A DNA stretch of 64,000 nucleotides from contig CM120642.1 in the NCBI GenBank assembly GCA_051362555.1, positions 28,210,001 to 28,274,000 on the forward strand, given 5' to 3'. The notes under the pieces were generated by a model, which saw only the letters and a program-made list of their open reading frames with translations, did not search any database and was not told where the DNA came from. This DNA comes from Lingula anatina (Eukaryota > Animalia > Brachiopoda). The position numbers and the translations under genes were made by a program. Shown one piece after another: positions 40,976-53,533 of the stretch. Each line of letters begins with the position of its first letter. Position 1 is the first letter of the stretch.

Positions 40976-43900
40976 ATGAAGTTTGATGAGATCCTCGAGC
41001 ACATCGGAGGGTTTGGAAGGTGTCAGGCAAGGTTGCTGGTTCTCCTTGGCATTCCTCCGATAAACGTGGCGTTACAGATGTTAGTCATCGTCTTCCTACA
41101 ACAAACCCCTGACCACAGGTAAGAACATGTACATACCTCCCCCCTTTATTTGGTTGTCATCTTTTCACATAATAAAGCATCTTCTTGCGAAGATGGGGTC
41201 TAAATTCCCTCTACCAGGGCGACAGATTGATTTTTCACAAGTTATTCACAGATATGTATTTAGATAAATAGACAGTTATCTGATTTTTGAAAATTTACCT
41301 GTAATATCTGCCACCCATCTGCCACCAGGATTTGAATTGGCCAACGGGATATGTACGGTACTCGTGCTTAACAGCAGGCAAAATGGATTGTTAAAAGTGT
41401 CCACAGCGTTTGTGCATGCATGCATGCACGTGTGTGCGTCTGTGTGTGCGTCCAACTTATCAAAACTAGTAATTATTTCTACTTTTAACAGCCTCCAAAA
41501 TGAGTATTTTGGCATCAACAACTGAACAGGAACTACAACACCACCTGTTGAATGTACCATTTTCGTACTCTGGAGGTCATGTTTGAAAAAAGGAGTAGGC
41601 CCTAGTAATCATAAAAATTTACCACAGGTTAATTTAGGCCGTAATCCGATGTTACACTACCCTGAGTGTCAGAGCAACGTAAAAGCTAGCTTGTTAAATA
41701 TATACCTTGTGATGGAGTCGCTTTTACTAGCTCTGACGAACAGCGACAATCTGAGGGCGTTCTTCTTCAAAATTTTGCCTGGGGCGCTTCCATATTTGGA
41801 AGTCACACGTCACAGCTGTGTCCGCCTGGATCCATATTTGGAAGTCATAAGTCTCGTACGTCACAGGTTTGACCGCCTGGAGCTGCCTTTCCCGCCTCGC
41901 GCTGAAGTTATCTCGTGCAGACGAGACAAGAAGCAAAGTGCCTGACGAAGTTTGAATTGAAAATATCTTGCAGTCGAAGGTCAGTGCCACAATAGAAGCA
42001 ACATTCTGCTTTAAAAACTGATTTTGGTGTAGCCATTGCGCAGCCCTTATAGTGGTATCGGGTATACAGTGTAGCTGTCAAATTTGGCACACGGCAAGCA
42101 CGTGTATTGCGCACGTGTACATCTCAGGACTAAATGTTCTTTGATAAGCAAAAAATACAAAAACATTGGATATATCTTTTCTGTTCGAAGAATATTATTT
42201 ATTTTTTTACTTTACATCTTAAATACAGCAAATAAAATTAAATAAAGCAGAATTAAATCTGTTTTACGTTTCATTTTGGTCTGATGACATTCAACTGCAG
42301 ATTCACTGCGGAGCAGTTCTATTTGATTGATGGAAGTGTAACATGGCCGCTGGTCACTAGAGCCGGTATTGTTGATATGGGTTATATATGAAATCAAGAT
42401 CGAGCTGGCAATACCGGAATCTAGAACCTAGGGTAATGTTACACTAGATTATAACGTTATCTCTACCGGTCCACTCCTTGACTGAATGGTTAAGTCTAAT
42501 CATCATAATACTATCTTTGCCACCCTTGGAATTACATGTAAAAGTGGTATCATATCTCCGATGGCCTATATAGTATGACTAAGCCACACAGTATGGCTTT
42601 ATTATGTCAAAGATGTTAAAGAGATTTGGAGGCATACCCAAAACATTTTAGTTTAGCCTGTCATCGCGCAAACCATCTTTTACCTATACGTCCTTAACTT
42701 GCTACCCTGCGGTGCATTCAATGGAATGTTTAATGTTGCAGATGCCGTCTTCCAAATTTTTCCAATGACACTTATGAAGTGCAAGGTCCATGGCACGAAC
42801 ATATGATAAATGACACAATTCCAGTTAACGACGAAGATGGAGGGTACGACTCCTGCAGTTACTATGAAACTACTGGGATCTCAGGGAACAAAACAATGGT
42901 AGAATGCGACGACTGGGTTTCTGACACATCTGTGTATTCACGGACATTTCCAATGGACGTAAGTTTCTTCTTGCCTTGGTTTTCTTCTTTCTAGTTGTTA
43001 AAAATTGGTAATCGTTGTAAGTGGATATAGCTGTAGGATTAATGCTTTAGGTGTCAAAAAAAAAAAAAAAAAAAAAATGAACGAATATTTAGTAGTACAT
43101 TCTGGTACAAGACACCGAGAATGATGACTTAGTAGGCAATACACTGTAGAGTAAATCTTTTCGGCTTCAATTTCCAGTTCCAGTTGTTGTGTGCCGACAA
43201 ACCCAAAGTGCGTTTAGGTCAGGTAGTCTTTCTGAGCGGGGTGGCTGTTGGCTCTATAATAGGAGGATTATTGGCAGACTTGTGAGTATTTACTGGTATA
43301 TGCGTTTAGAGCTTCGACGAATAAAACGTTTTGTTTGTCCAAGTTTACACCAAGTGTGTGAAACTGATAAATACGTGTTGCATATGGAAAAACTACCTAT
43401 TGCAACACGCTGAAGGTTATTAAAAGGGTTCATTTCTAGTGCGGGCACAATATTGCGTCTGCTGGCATTTACAACTGTTTTGAGGACGATATATAATACT
43501 ACAGGTAGATGTATTTTATTGCTTCTCCTCATATGTTTCAGCTTGGGTCGAAAGCCGGTGTTTATCTTAGCGTGTCTGCTCAATGGGTGTGCAGGGGTGG
43601 CTGCGGCGTTCTCTCCAAACTTCGAGGCTTTTGCCTTGTTCCGATCTCTGGTTGGATTCTCTAACACGATCATTTTTAACACTGGACTTCTCTTGAGTAA
43701 GTGAAGACACATTGGCAAAGGTGGCTTGAAGATTCGGTAATCTCTATTCTATACAATCTCCATCCGGCATATGTATAATCTATTATCCAAATATATTAGA
43801 TAACATCTACTGTATGTTTGTGATATCTCATTCATTAGTGTTTTGCCTAAGCTACCTAAGCTAGTAGATTTTGTTTTAAACATATTAAAACAACGTCAAA

Positions 43901-46614
43901 AAAAAAAAAAAAAAAATGAACACAGTCCTTGCCATAATTAAAGACAAAAGGACTTCCTTTTACATGTAATTCACCGCTTAGCTGCACTCAAAAGCTCACA
44001 ATTAATCTATCTGTTATAACAGAATAAATCATATTGAAGACTCACGAATTAATCACCTTCAACTTAAGCACTGGAGCTTGTCGAACCATCTAAACGAATG
44101 TTAGCAGGAATGTTACCAGAAGTAACTTTTGCATTGGGACTAACCTTGCTGACTCCTTTGGCCTATGGTATACGGGATTGGAGGTACCTTCAGCTGGCCG
44201 TATCGGTCCCATCTTTTCTTTACATATTTTACTGGTGGTGAGTGCCATTTTTCAGTAACAAGAATCTCATTTGATCATGACAAGTCCATAGCAGCGTTCT
44301 TTGCAGAGAATTGTTTTACCCATTCTTCATACATTGAAACCCACTTTTAATTTCGGATGTTTTTTCGTGATAAGGAACAACAAAAGTATTGTTTTATCAC
44401 AAAATCTCTATTCTTAAAAATAAAAACGTTTATTTATTTATGACCTCTTGATTACATTGTTTTCATTCGATGATCGTTCTCATTTCGGATAATACCAGGA
44501 AATCCCCATAGTCTGTACTATTCTTAAATTTACATGCATAATAGTAATATTATAAATGATGTTGCCTCTGTTCTTGCAGGTTTATTCCCGAGTCTCCTCG
44601 GTGGCTTCTATCCAGAGGTTACACCAAAAGAGCCCAAATAATTCTACAGTGGGTCGCCAAGTTAAACAAAACATCTCTCCCAGCGGCCATGATAAGTAAG
44701 ACGAGTCTGGAAGACTCACGTCACATCAGCCCACTTGAACTTCGCAAGGCTCCAAGGCTTCTTTTACGTACCGTCATTGCGGTTTTTATCTGGTTGGTAA
44801 CAAAAGGCACGCCAACTATTATGGAATGTTCTAAATTTGCGTGGCATTTTTGAAAGCTCTGTGTTTTTAAATCGAAATCGCTATAAAAGGGACACTGTTG
44901 AGTTACACGTATATTAATATACATATTGGTTAATAAGTAAAAACACGCATAAACGTTAAGATATACGGTACTGCTTTTCAGATTGCAATTGTAAATTTTA
45001 GCCGATCGAAAGCATTGTTTTGAAGTTTATTATTCAGGTTCATGCACTAAATTGTCAATACGCGCCACACACATAAAAATGAAATGAGCCACAAGCAGTA
45101 GAAGATCTATAACAAGTGCCAGTTCGTTTTTACATATCTACGGCGTCTTCCTTCACCTACTTTTAGGATCGTTATTGCCTTGGCGTATTACGGTCTCACT
45201 TTCAATCCGGGCAACTTGGCTGGTGACCTATATATCAATTCCTTAATTATGGCTCTCACAGAGTTCCCTGCGTACTTCATGTGTTTCGTCATCAACAAAC
45301 TAGGAAGAAGATGGCCGCATGCAATAAGTGCGATAGTCGCTGGCCTTGCTATGATTTGCACACTCTTTCTCGAACTGTACGCCGCACCAGGTACTGTAGC
45401 TATACTTTATATAGGTAGTAATTGACATTTATTGAATTAACCCTTTAATTTATATAATGAAATTTTCAAAATATTAAAAAATATGTATACAGTAATACAT
45501 GTATATCCGTTTTTCATTTTCTAAGTAACTACTTTTAAATCACACAAAATGCTGTTGGTTTCAATTTTCTATGCGTTAAGTCAACATTTAGTGGAATTAG
45601 ATACGCTCAGAAACATATTTATGTACTCTAACCTACCACAATTATTTTTTCATGTATGAAAGTGCAATGTAAGACTTTTATTTAACAGAGAGCAGTTATA
45701 AGAACGCTATCCAAGTGACTCTGTTCATGGTTGGCAAGACCGGAGTTTCGGCCTCATTCGCTATTATTATTATGTGGGTTGGAGAATTCTACCCGACTCC
45801 ACTAAGAAACTTCGGAATGGGGATTTGCACCATGTTCGGCCGCTTAGGGGCCATGTGTGCACCTATAATAGTGGTAGGTGCCTGGTGTGTTTGTATATAT
45901 GTATACAAACACATGAGTAAGGCAAAAAAAAAAGTATTCTGTAGCTCGTATTCAGCGTTCGTCATGTAAAAAAATTGCCCCCACTCTTTTATTGCCATTA
46001 CAGTATATTTTTAATATTTCTATATTTAGGTAGTTGTTAGTATCCCTCTTTGAATTGTTAACTGCGTATGAAAAGTTTACTATTTAGAGCGAAAAATTGA
46101 GCCCTATATGGCAATAAGCTGAATATTTTGTTTGAAACAATAATACAGATGCAGATTACCTATTTAATAGGGAGCATTTGAAGGCAATGCCAAACTTGGG
46201 AACACTGTCCCATGGATTATATTCGGAGTATTGGCGTTGATTGCTGGAATGTCTTCCCTTTTTCTACCGGAGACGTGCAATAGACAACTCCCAGAGACAT
46301 TAGAAAGTGCCAATATTTTTGGAGTAAAAGAAAGGTAAAATTACAGGACAGTATGCCTATCCTTAATATTCTAATCATGTTGATGGGGATGTGCTTGGTA
46401 AATATGAAATCATTTCAAAAATGTAAGTACAAGCTATTCAATTTCCTTATGATTATCGAAAAAATTTTACAAAATTATTTATTTATTAGAAAATTATTTA
46501 TGCGCCAATTAAGAAGATGCTCTTGACTTATATAATTTTTATTAATTCTTCAGAAAAGGCCCGACTGCTGACATCAATGGGACGGTATTAGAACCACTAT
46601 CAGAAAACAGCTAA
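40976..46614 (+). CDS. SLC22 organic cation/anion transporter-like MFS gene 2, 10 exons, 544 aa, intact
   Basis: Exons 40976-41118, 42742-42958, 43178-43281, 43542-43696, 44069-44237, 44580-44792, 45167-45390, 45689-45873, 46171-46334 and 46554-46614 total 1635 nt. Exons 1 and 4-9 are identical in size to those of gene 1. Motifs: GRKP, PESPRWL, EFYPTPLR, LPET. Confidence 0.93.
41658..42435. mobile_element. 778-bp non-autonomous DNA transposon with TACCCT...AGGGTA ends and a 9-bp TSD, in SLC22 gene 2 intron 1
   Basis: TSD ATGTTACAC at 41649-41657 and 42436-42444; imperfect TIRs; internal tandem repeats at 41789-41881. An inverted ~70-bp copy of its right end lies at 47277-47347. Confidence 0.8.
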
Positions 46615-46965
46615 ATAAAAGCAACTGTCGACTGTCAGTGTAAAGAAAAAAGTTACAGACTGTAGTAAATTACATTTGAAAATAATAATACATTCTGCGT
46701 TGAAACATTTTAAGATAAAATAATTCCTTTTGAGGTCGCAGCCAAAACAACTGCGATCATTTATTGCCTTTAAGGTAAACATAAATAATCAATATTTGTA
46801 GTTTTCAAGTTTGCATTTTATGCGTTTACTTTGCATTTATAGCTAAGAAATCCTTAGAAATGAAGTATTATATTATTATTATTATTATTTTTATTATTAT
46901 TTTACGCATTCAGTCTCGTTGAACATAATCTGTTTTTCTTTTAAATAAAACAATAAGTTTATAAT

Positions 46966-47595
46966 AGTGAAGTGGTAATCACGTTTGCATTACTTGCAAA
47001 AAGGATCCAGGCTTGCAACCTGTCAGAACCAGTATTTTCGAGAATTGATTTATTAATTAATTTATTTATTTATTTAGTTTGGTAGTCATGTTGTTCAGAG
47101 GCAAACGCCCATGTCATTTATATTGTTTAGCTAGGGTTCTGTAGTGTAGTGGTCATCACGTCTGCTTTACACGCAGAAGGTCCCAGGTTCGAAACCTGGC
47201 AGAACCAATACATTTTAGAAAATCTTTCAGTAGGCATGTTATTCAGTCACAAATGGCCATGAACATTGTTAATAAATACCCTAGGTTCTAGATTCCTGTA
47301 TTGCCAGCTCGATCTTGATTTCATATATAACCCATATCAGCAATACCACAGCAGTAAAAGATTAGTAAAAGTGACTCCCAGGTATATTTAATATTTATCA
47401 AGCTAACTTTTACGTCATTCAGGGTATTTAAATAAAATAAATATTAAAATAAATAGCCTTCTGTAGTATAGAGATGACCACGCCACGTCTGCTTCACACG
47501 CAGAAGATCCAAGTTTTGAAATCTCGCCTTCGAACCTTCGAACTTTCATAAAGAAAAAGGTCCTGTTGTGCAGTGGTCATCATGACTGCTTTATT
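46966..47595 (+). pseudogene. Decayed tRNA-Val copies flanking the intact gene (about 46966-47031, 47459-47530, 47559-47595)
   Basis: Partial matches: tggtaatcacgtttgc..cctgtcagaacca; cacgtctgcttcacacgcagaagatcc; ggtcctgttgtgcagtggtcatcatgactgcttta. Confidence 0.7.
47135..47207 (+). tRNA. tRNA-Val(TAC), intact
   Basis: 73-nt cloverleaf: acceptor GGTTCTG/CAGAACC-A, anticodon arm TCTGC-TT-TAC-AC-GCAGA, T arm CCAGG-TTCGAAA-CCTGG. A TTTT Pol III terminator follows about 5 nt downstream. Confidence 0.95.
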
Positions 47596-47679
47596 CAACC
47601 CCCCCCCCCCCCCCCCTGCTGAACAAGATGTTAAATGGATAGATAGATAGTGGTGGTAGAAATACAACTTGAAACAGCC

Positions 47680-47924
47680 CAGTGGCGGAGTTAAGGGGGG
47701 GGGGTCAAGGGGTCCTGACCCCCACCCCCTTCGTTTTTGGTTCCCTCTTGAAATTATAATTTTGACTAGCTGAATCATAATCCTAAACCGTATCAAATGG
47801 CACCGTCCACCCTCTAAAATACCAAAAAGTTTCGGGGTCCTTCAGCGGGCCCCGAACCCCACACCAAGGCCGGCTATGAATCCGCGGACCCCCCAACCTT
47901 CAAATAATCCTGGATCCGCTCCTG
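47680..47924. mobile_element. MITE with CAGTGGCGGA...TCCGCTCCTG ends (family B)
   Basis: Terminal inverted repeats; the interior (cctcttgaaatta..ttttgac.agctgaa..ctaaaccgta.caaa.ggcaccgt) is shared with 62196-62392. Confidence 0.75.
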
Positions 47925-48020
47925 CAGCAAACAGATATCCAACCACATATGTACCTTTAAGAGAATCTTAGACACACGTGCTACTCGAAGTGATTCTCTG
48001 CACTTTCGTATTTTTGTTAA

Positions 48021-49005
48021 GGCCACACTTTTTTATTTTTATGGATGACATCCTGCGCGCGCACCGATTTTCGCCCGTTCTCCGAAAAAAAAAAAAAAAA
48101 AACCCTCCCCCCCAGCCCCCAACGAAGTCGGTTGTTGCAAACGTCATTACTGAATTTGCCAGGAAATGAGCTTTCTGCGCATGCGTATTATCGCCACGTG
48201 GAAATGTGGCCGCTGTGCCGTCAAATTCATCTCTAGGATTACTTTCAAATTACACGACAATTAAAGTCATAAAGAGAACGGGTGCCGTCGTTTTGGATTG
48301 GTATGCCATTGATATTGGGCATGGAGATATCACCTTTTGACAATTGTGCGAAAGGCTGGCTGCCGCCAGCGATTATGGCCCGAAAAATTTCAGTGACATT
48401 CTGTACAAAGCAGCACATAGGCTACCAGGTTTTCTGTAGCGAAAAAAGGGTTGACAAGGGCGTCGAGGTATTTGGTGGGCTGAAGGTCAGACAGGCCACC
48501 TGACAGTTTGGCCGTGTGAGTCGAAGTAGACAAAATCGTCCGAAATGACCTTTAATAGATTTGGTAGTATTAAGCATATCTTTGCATCATTTTTTAAACA
48601 TTTCTGTGAAGTGTTCAAAATGTTTTAATATTCTGAGAATACAAATAAAGACACACTGTTTGTTTGATATTTGTTTTATTGATTGCTATACCAACAAAAT
48701 GCATGAAATAACCTTAATAGATTTTGTAATAAGAATTATATCTATTCATGACTTTTTTTTTACATTTCTACGAAGTATTCACAATGCTTTACTATTTTGA
48801 GAGCATGGATAAAGACATATTGTTAGTTTGATACGTGTTTCTGTGGTAAAATTTGTGTTTCCAGCTGTGTACTGACAGCATTCCTTTACTTAAGCAGTAT
48901 TTTTTTTTTTTTTTGGACTGTTTTTTTTTTTTTTTTTTTCGCCCTCTCGCACCGATTTTGGGGTACCCAGAGGATGACATCCATAAAAATAAAAAAAGTG
49001 TGGCC
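48021..49005. mobile_element. 985-bp non-autonomous PIF/Harbinger-like DNA transposon
   Basis: ~34-bp TIR GGCCACACTTTTTTATTTTTATGGATG(A/T)CATCCT at both ends, flanked by a TAA target duplication. Confidence 0.82.
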
Positions 49006-50456
49006 TAAGATGAGATATGAGGCAAAATAATGCTCTCGATTACTGGTGTCGGGATCAAAATGTTAGATCTTGTTAAACTTCCCGTGATATCATGGACACT
49101 ATTTTTCTCTATAAACAGCTGGCAAAACGAATGTTAAAACCCAAAGGAAAAATGATCTTTTTGTTATTGTTCTCGTATATTACAATGACGCAAGCAAAAT
49201 GCTGTCGCGTTTATTTTTAACACGAGTGTCGGATAGCAGCAAGCATCTGTCTATGATAACTTAGTTTTACTAGTAATCGAATATATTCGCCCATATATTT
49301 GTTCTTCTCTCACGTCGCCTTGTCATTTTTCTAGGTGAAGTATCTATAAATTCTGCGTACGTGCGACGCGTGGATAGAAAAAGTAGAAACCAAATGCTTT
49401 CATCTACAATGTTTGGATGCAACGGGAGATAAAAGACTCTATTTCACTTTATTCACCCTAGTGTGGATGGTTTTGTTTACTCTTCCATTGTAATAACTTA
49501 GCCGCTTTTCATCTAAATATCGGTGAAGTGTTTTGTACAGTTATCAAACAGGAGGAAATATTAAGAGTGAAACTAATGGTCTTGATAAGACTACCAGTTT
49601 TCACGACACGACGATATGTTTTTTTTCATTCTTTTTAAACAAGCATTTGAACGCGTTCGTTTTCCCTAAATACTCGCTGGTGTATCTCAAATCCCTTTTT
49701 ACCGGAAAGCACCGGATCACAACTTTGTCATTAATTTTGCAGAAAAAATGTTAGAAAAGTTAAAATTCTTTAAAACATCTGGTCTTTCATCAAATATCGA
49801 AGAAAGCACCTTGAAGTAAAATAACTTATATTATTTTTCTTAACCTATTACAAAATGTATAAGGGATATTTTTGAGGGATCGGCATTTATAATTGAAAAC
49901 AAGCAGATTTCATGATTGTTCTTCGGCACTTTTGAAGTTTTTATTCCTCTATTATTTATAATAACTTTACACGTGTAGAAGTAGCGTTCCTCATTCATAG
50001 ATTTCTTCATTTCACAGTGTATGCAATAAAGCTTTGTCCAGAACCACACTTTACTCACTCAGGTTTTTATGTGCGCAATCTTCAGTCCTTTGACATAACA
50101 AGTCTACTTACAAATAAAAACCTGCACAAACCGGTGTAACGAAACTGAGGGTCCGTGTGACAGAAAGTCCGCACTCCATTTAGTTATAATGGTTAGGGTT
50201 AGCTTGACCTAAGAGGGTCAAATTCTAGGGCGAAGCTTACCTGTACAAATGATTTGGAAGCGGACTTTCTGTCGTGGGGGACTCTCTGTCACGTGCCACC
50301 GATCAATGTTCATGCACGTACACGTGCAAGAAAAAGCGCGTACTGCCTGCGATTTCTTTCCTCTTTCGCTTTAATGTCACTTGCAATAACTGCAATCTTC
50401 GTGTCAGTTTTTCCAAGAAGAAATCTCCATCAAAAGTTCGCCAAATACATAAAATA

Positions 50457-51524
50457 TCACGCATGTTGTGGCACGTATACAGAAGACAGCGGCATTGATC
50501 CCCGCTGTGTGTCCAAAGGCACCGGAGCTACACGGTTCACCGAAAAGCAACGGCATAAGTTCATTGCTCTGTAAGCGTCACGGAAAGTCTGGTTCATTAA
50601 AGCGTATACGACCGGGTTGACAATGGAAGATGAGTAGATGAGAAGGTAGGTCCCCTCCGTGTAGAATGAATTCAATGCGCCGTCCACTTGAAGAACATTC
50701 ACAATAAAGCATGGCGTAATGGCCACAACAAATGACAAATAACATATTCCAAACATCTGGGCAATTTTCGTGTTTTGACGCATCTTCTGGGCTTGATGGC
50801 GCACGGCCTGGTTTATATTTATCATCCGTCTTCTGTTCAGGAACACACTGACGCTGATATGGGTGAAGCAGTAGATCATAGAAAAGTTTGGAAAGCATAT
50901 GAAGACGACCAAAAATGTGTTCCTGAATTCTGCACTTTCTGACTGGAGTATAGTACACCTCTGTCTGTAAGGGTCAAAGCCAGCTTTGCCAACCGTTCCG
51001 GTCAGTACAGGAAGGAGAATCAACAGGGGCAGTACGTAGCACGTTATGGAACAAACCACGTAGACGATCTTCTCCGTGGTTGGATTGCACAGTGTTATAT
51101 GCTTCACAAACCACACTATGTATATGTAGCGCTGCACGGTAATGCACATGAGGCACAAACCTGACGACGCAAGAACGAGGAACGTAGCGCACCCGATGAA
51201 GGCGCAAAACGGCTCCCCAAGGTTCCATTTTCCGGTGAACCAGCCGTAACAGTCAAAAGCTAAAAATAAAGAATGCACAGGGCCGTTGTTGATGCTTAGG
51301 TTAACAATTAGAATATACGTCGGCGAAGCGCGCATCTGCTTACTGTGAACGATGGCAAAAATCACGAACACGTTGGTAGATAACCCTAACAAAAGGATGA
51401 TGATGCCCACGACACCCCATAGGACCTGTGATCGAACTGCATCCTCGGCGCCGTTTGGTATCGATGTATTTAATTCTTCTAATGTTTTATTCATTGCTAT
51501 TTCAACAAACGTGGTGTCCATCAT
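50457..51524 (-). CDS. Intronless rhodopsin-class (class A) GPCR, Moody/Tre1/GPR84-like, 355 aa
   Basis: Seven hydrophobic segments; N-terminal N-glycosylation sites NKT and NTS; WNLGEPFC; CITVQRY; ECL2 Cys; NPVVYALMNQTFRDAY followed by a C-terminal CRC. Confidence 0.92.
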   Translation of the reverse strand: MMDTTFVEIAMNKTLEELNTSIPNGAEDAVRSQVLWGVVGIIILLLGLSTNVFVIFAIVHSKQMRASPTYILIVNLSINNGPVHSLFLAFDCYGWFTGKWNLGEPFCAFIGCATFLVLASSGLCLMCITVQRYIYIVWFVKHITLCNPTTEKIVYVVCSITCYVLPLLILLPVLTGTVGKAGFDPYRQRCTILQSESAEFRNTFLVVFICFPNFSMIYCFTHISVSVFLNRRRMININQAVRHQAQKMRQNTKIAQMFGICYLSFVVAITPCFIVNVLQVDGALNSFYTEGTYLLIYSSSIVNPVVYALMNQTFRDAYRAMNLCRCFSVNRVAPVPLDTQRGSMPLSSVYVPQHA

Positions 51525-51634
51525 TTAATGTGTCACGCCGGCTGTAGGTATGAGCGTAGAGCTGGAGAGATACTGTTGCGCAATTCTTCAGGCAGCGGAA
51601 CGCGCTGTGATGGCTTATCTTTTGCCTCTGTTGT

Positions 51635-51642
51635 CTTTTATA
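51635..51642 (-). promoter_or_regulatory. Candidate TATA box for the GPCR
   Basis: TATAAAAG on the minus strand about 110 nt upstream of the ATG; supported by position only. Confidence 0.35.
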
Positions 51643-51944
51643 CAGCGTCAGTTCAGAAGGCTGTCGATTAAAGCATGCAGTAGGCATTAGACGCTTGGAG
51701 AAGAAAAATTAACTTCCTGGGAAATTTAGCACTTTTTGTTATGACCAAGGTATGCACTATTTTAAACTGTTGGGGGAACTGTTGTAAAAACCTTTTTTTC
51801 AGTTTTAAATTTCCAATTTCAATTTACTATTTTCTACCGTCTAGAGTGAAATTCACCGGTCGCTATCCCCATCAGACGAGTTTCTGAAAAATGCCTCCTC
51901 TGGTTTTCAACGATCTCGTATAATCATTAGATTTTTTTTGTATT

Positions 51945-52202
51945 CTATTCAACGTCAAGAAGACACGTGTTAATCTGCTAATCTGATTGCATTCAGCTAA
52001 AGTCCCCGCGAAGTTGGATCGATCTTCGTAGAACGCTAGGGCGTTAGTCCGCGAATTTGAATTTCAGAACAAGTTGATCCGCGGACTAACAGATCGCGCG
52101 TGGGCAGCGGAAGGGATAAAGTGTCATATTTGATCCGCGTTTCTGTTAGTCCGCGGATCAACTTGTTTTGAATGTGCCCATAATCTCACTGGGAGTGAGC
52201 CC
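51945..52202. mobile_element. MITE family A right arm interrupted by a family C MITE (52038-52180)
   Basis: Arm ctgattgcattcagc..gtccccgcg, then the inverted repeat agaacaagttgatccgcggactaacaga / tctgttagtccgcggatcaacttgtt, then the terminal ggagtgagccc. Confidence 0.65.
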
Positions 52203-52463
52203 TAAGCTAACAGTGTACGCTAGACTTCAAATACATTTTTATCCAAGGCAGAGGTGCTTCTGTGAGACTTGTGTTAGTTAATTATGTAAGTGAACGGTTC
52301 ACTCAGACTATTAATCAAAAAATATATACGCCCTTGCCAGCTTTAAACTACAAAATCCGGTTGGCGACGTGATATCTGTCAGTGTAACTTACAACCCGGG
52401 CACGATTTGGTTAAGAGCCAACGTGTGGTACGATATAGACAGACATTTGAACACGCTGCCAAG

Positions 52464-53487
52464 ATGGAAGAGGCTCCTTTCATTCTGTGCGCCAGACTTG
52501 CAGTCATTGTGCTCGTATATCTGTGCACCTTTACTCTGCAATGTGAGGCCCAGTACTGTCGGTGCGGTGAGTACCATTAGGAAATACGGAATGTAATATG
52601 TGCTACATGAATATCTGACGCTCATTGTAAGCCTTCACTGTACAACCTTTATAGCAGAGCAGTTCTGATATTCAATGTATGTAAGGTGGCGACTCCCCGA
52701 GAATATAGGGGAGACCGGGCTAGTTGGCCGGGTAGGGGTAAGTTGGCACCCTATACTTAAATGCAGTTAGTATCCCATGTAAACGTTATAAAATACTTTT
52801 TTTACACATTTTACCTTATTAAATTGATTTTTGAGAGTCTTTGATGAATTTAAGTAGTTCAAATGAGGCAAAATATTGAGATTTCTATGCGTTACGTTGT
52901 ATTTGTTGTAAGAACCAAAATATCTATTAATTAAACTTGTTTTGTTTTAATTAAGAATAAGCTAATAATGGTATTAAGCAGGTTTTTAATGAATGAAAAC
53001 GAATAATAAATTTTCGTTTTAAAAGAATCTAACAAAGTCGGTCTTAAACTGGTAATTATTTAACAAACCATTGACTTTGCTTTAACAATGGTCTATTGCG
53101 TGCAAAGGATTGTGGTCTATATAGAGGGTCCAACTTGTCCCGAGCCAAGGGGGGCAACTAGCCCCAGGTGCACAATTTTTAGATCTAAGGATTGCCATTC
53201 ATGGTGCAAGACTGGACTACGTTATAAGTATACTTTATTCCATCAAAAGCCTAAGAAAATATATTTTTTAATCTCTTAAACAAAATTACTTTTAAGTGCA
53301 AAAATCGTTTATTTGAACTCACCGCTTAAGTATAACTTTTTAACGCCCGACACTTCCTTAGCATTGTAGGCTACGATCATTTTACAAGATTATGTGGCCA
53401 ATTTTTTCTACCTCGTAGTTACTTTTTCAAAAATTGACGGGGGTTCCAACTTAGCCCAGGGTCCAACTAGCCCCGGTCTCCCCTACA

Positions 53488-53533
<46 letters not shown>

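Noticed and set aside
43290-43718. 142-aa minus-strand ORF and similar shadow ORFs (e.g. 50578-50958, 28275-28610, 62747-63208)
   Set aside because: They are antisense or alternate-frame shadows of real exons or repeats, with no independent coding signal.
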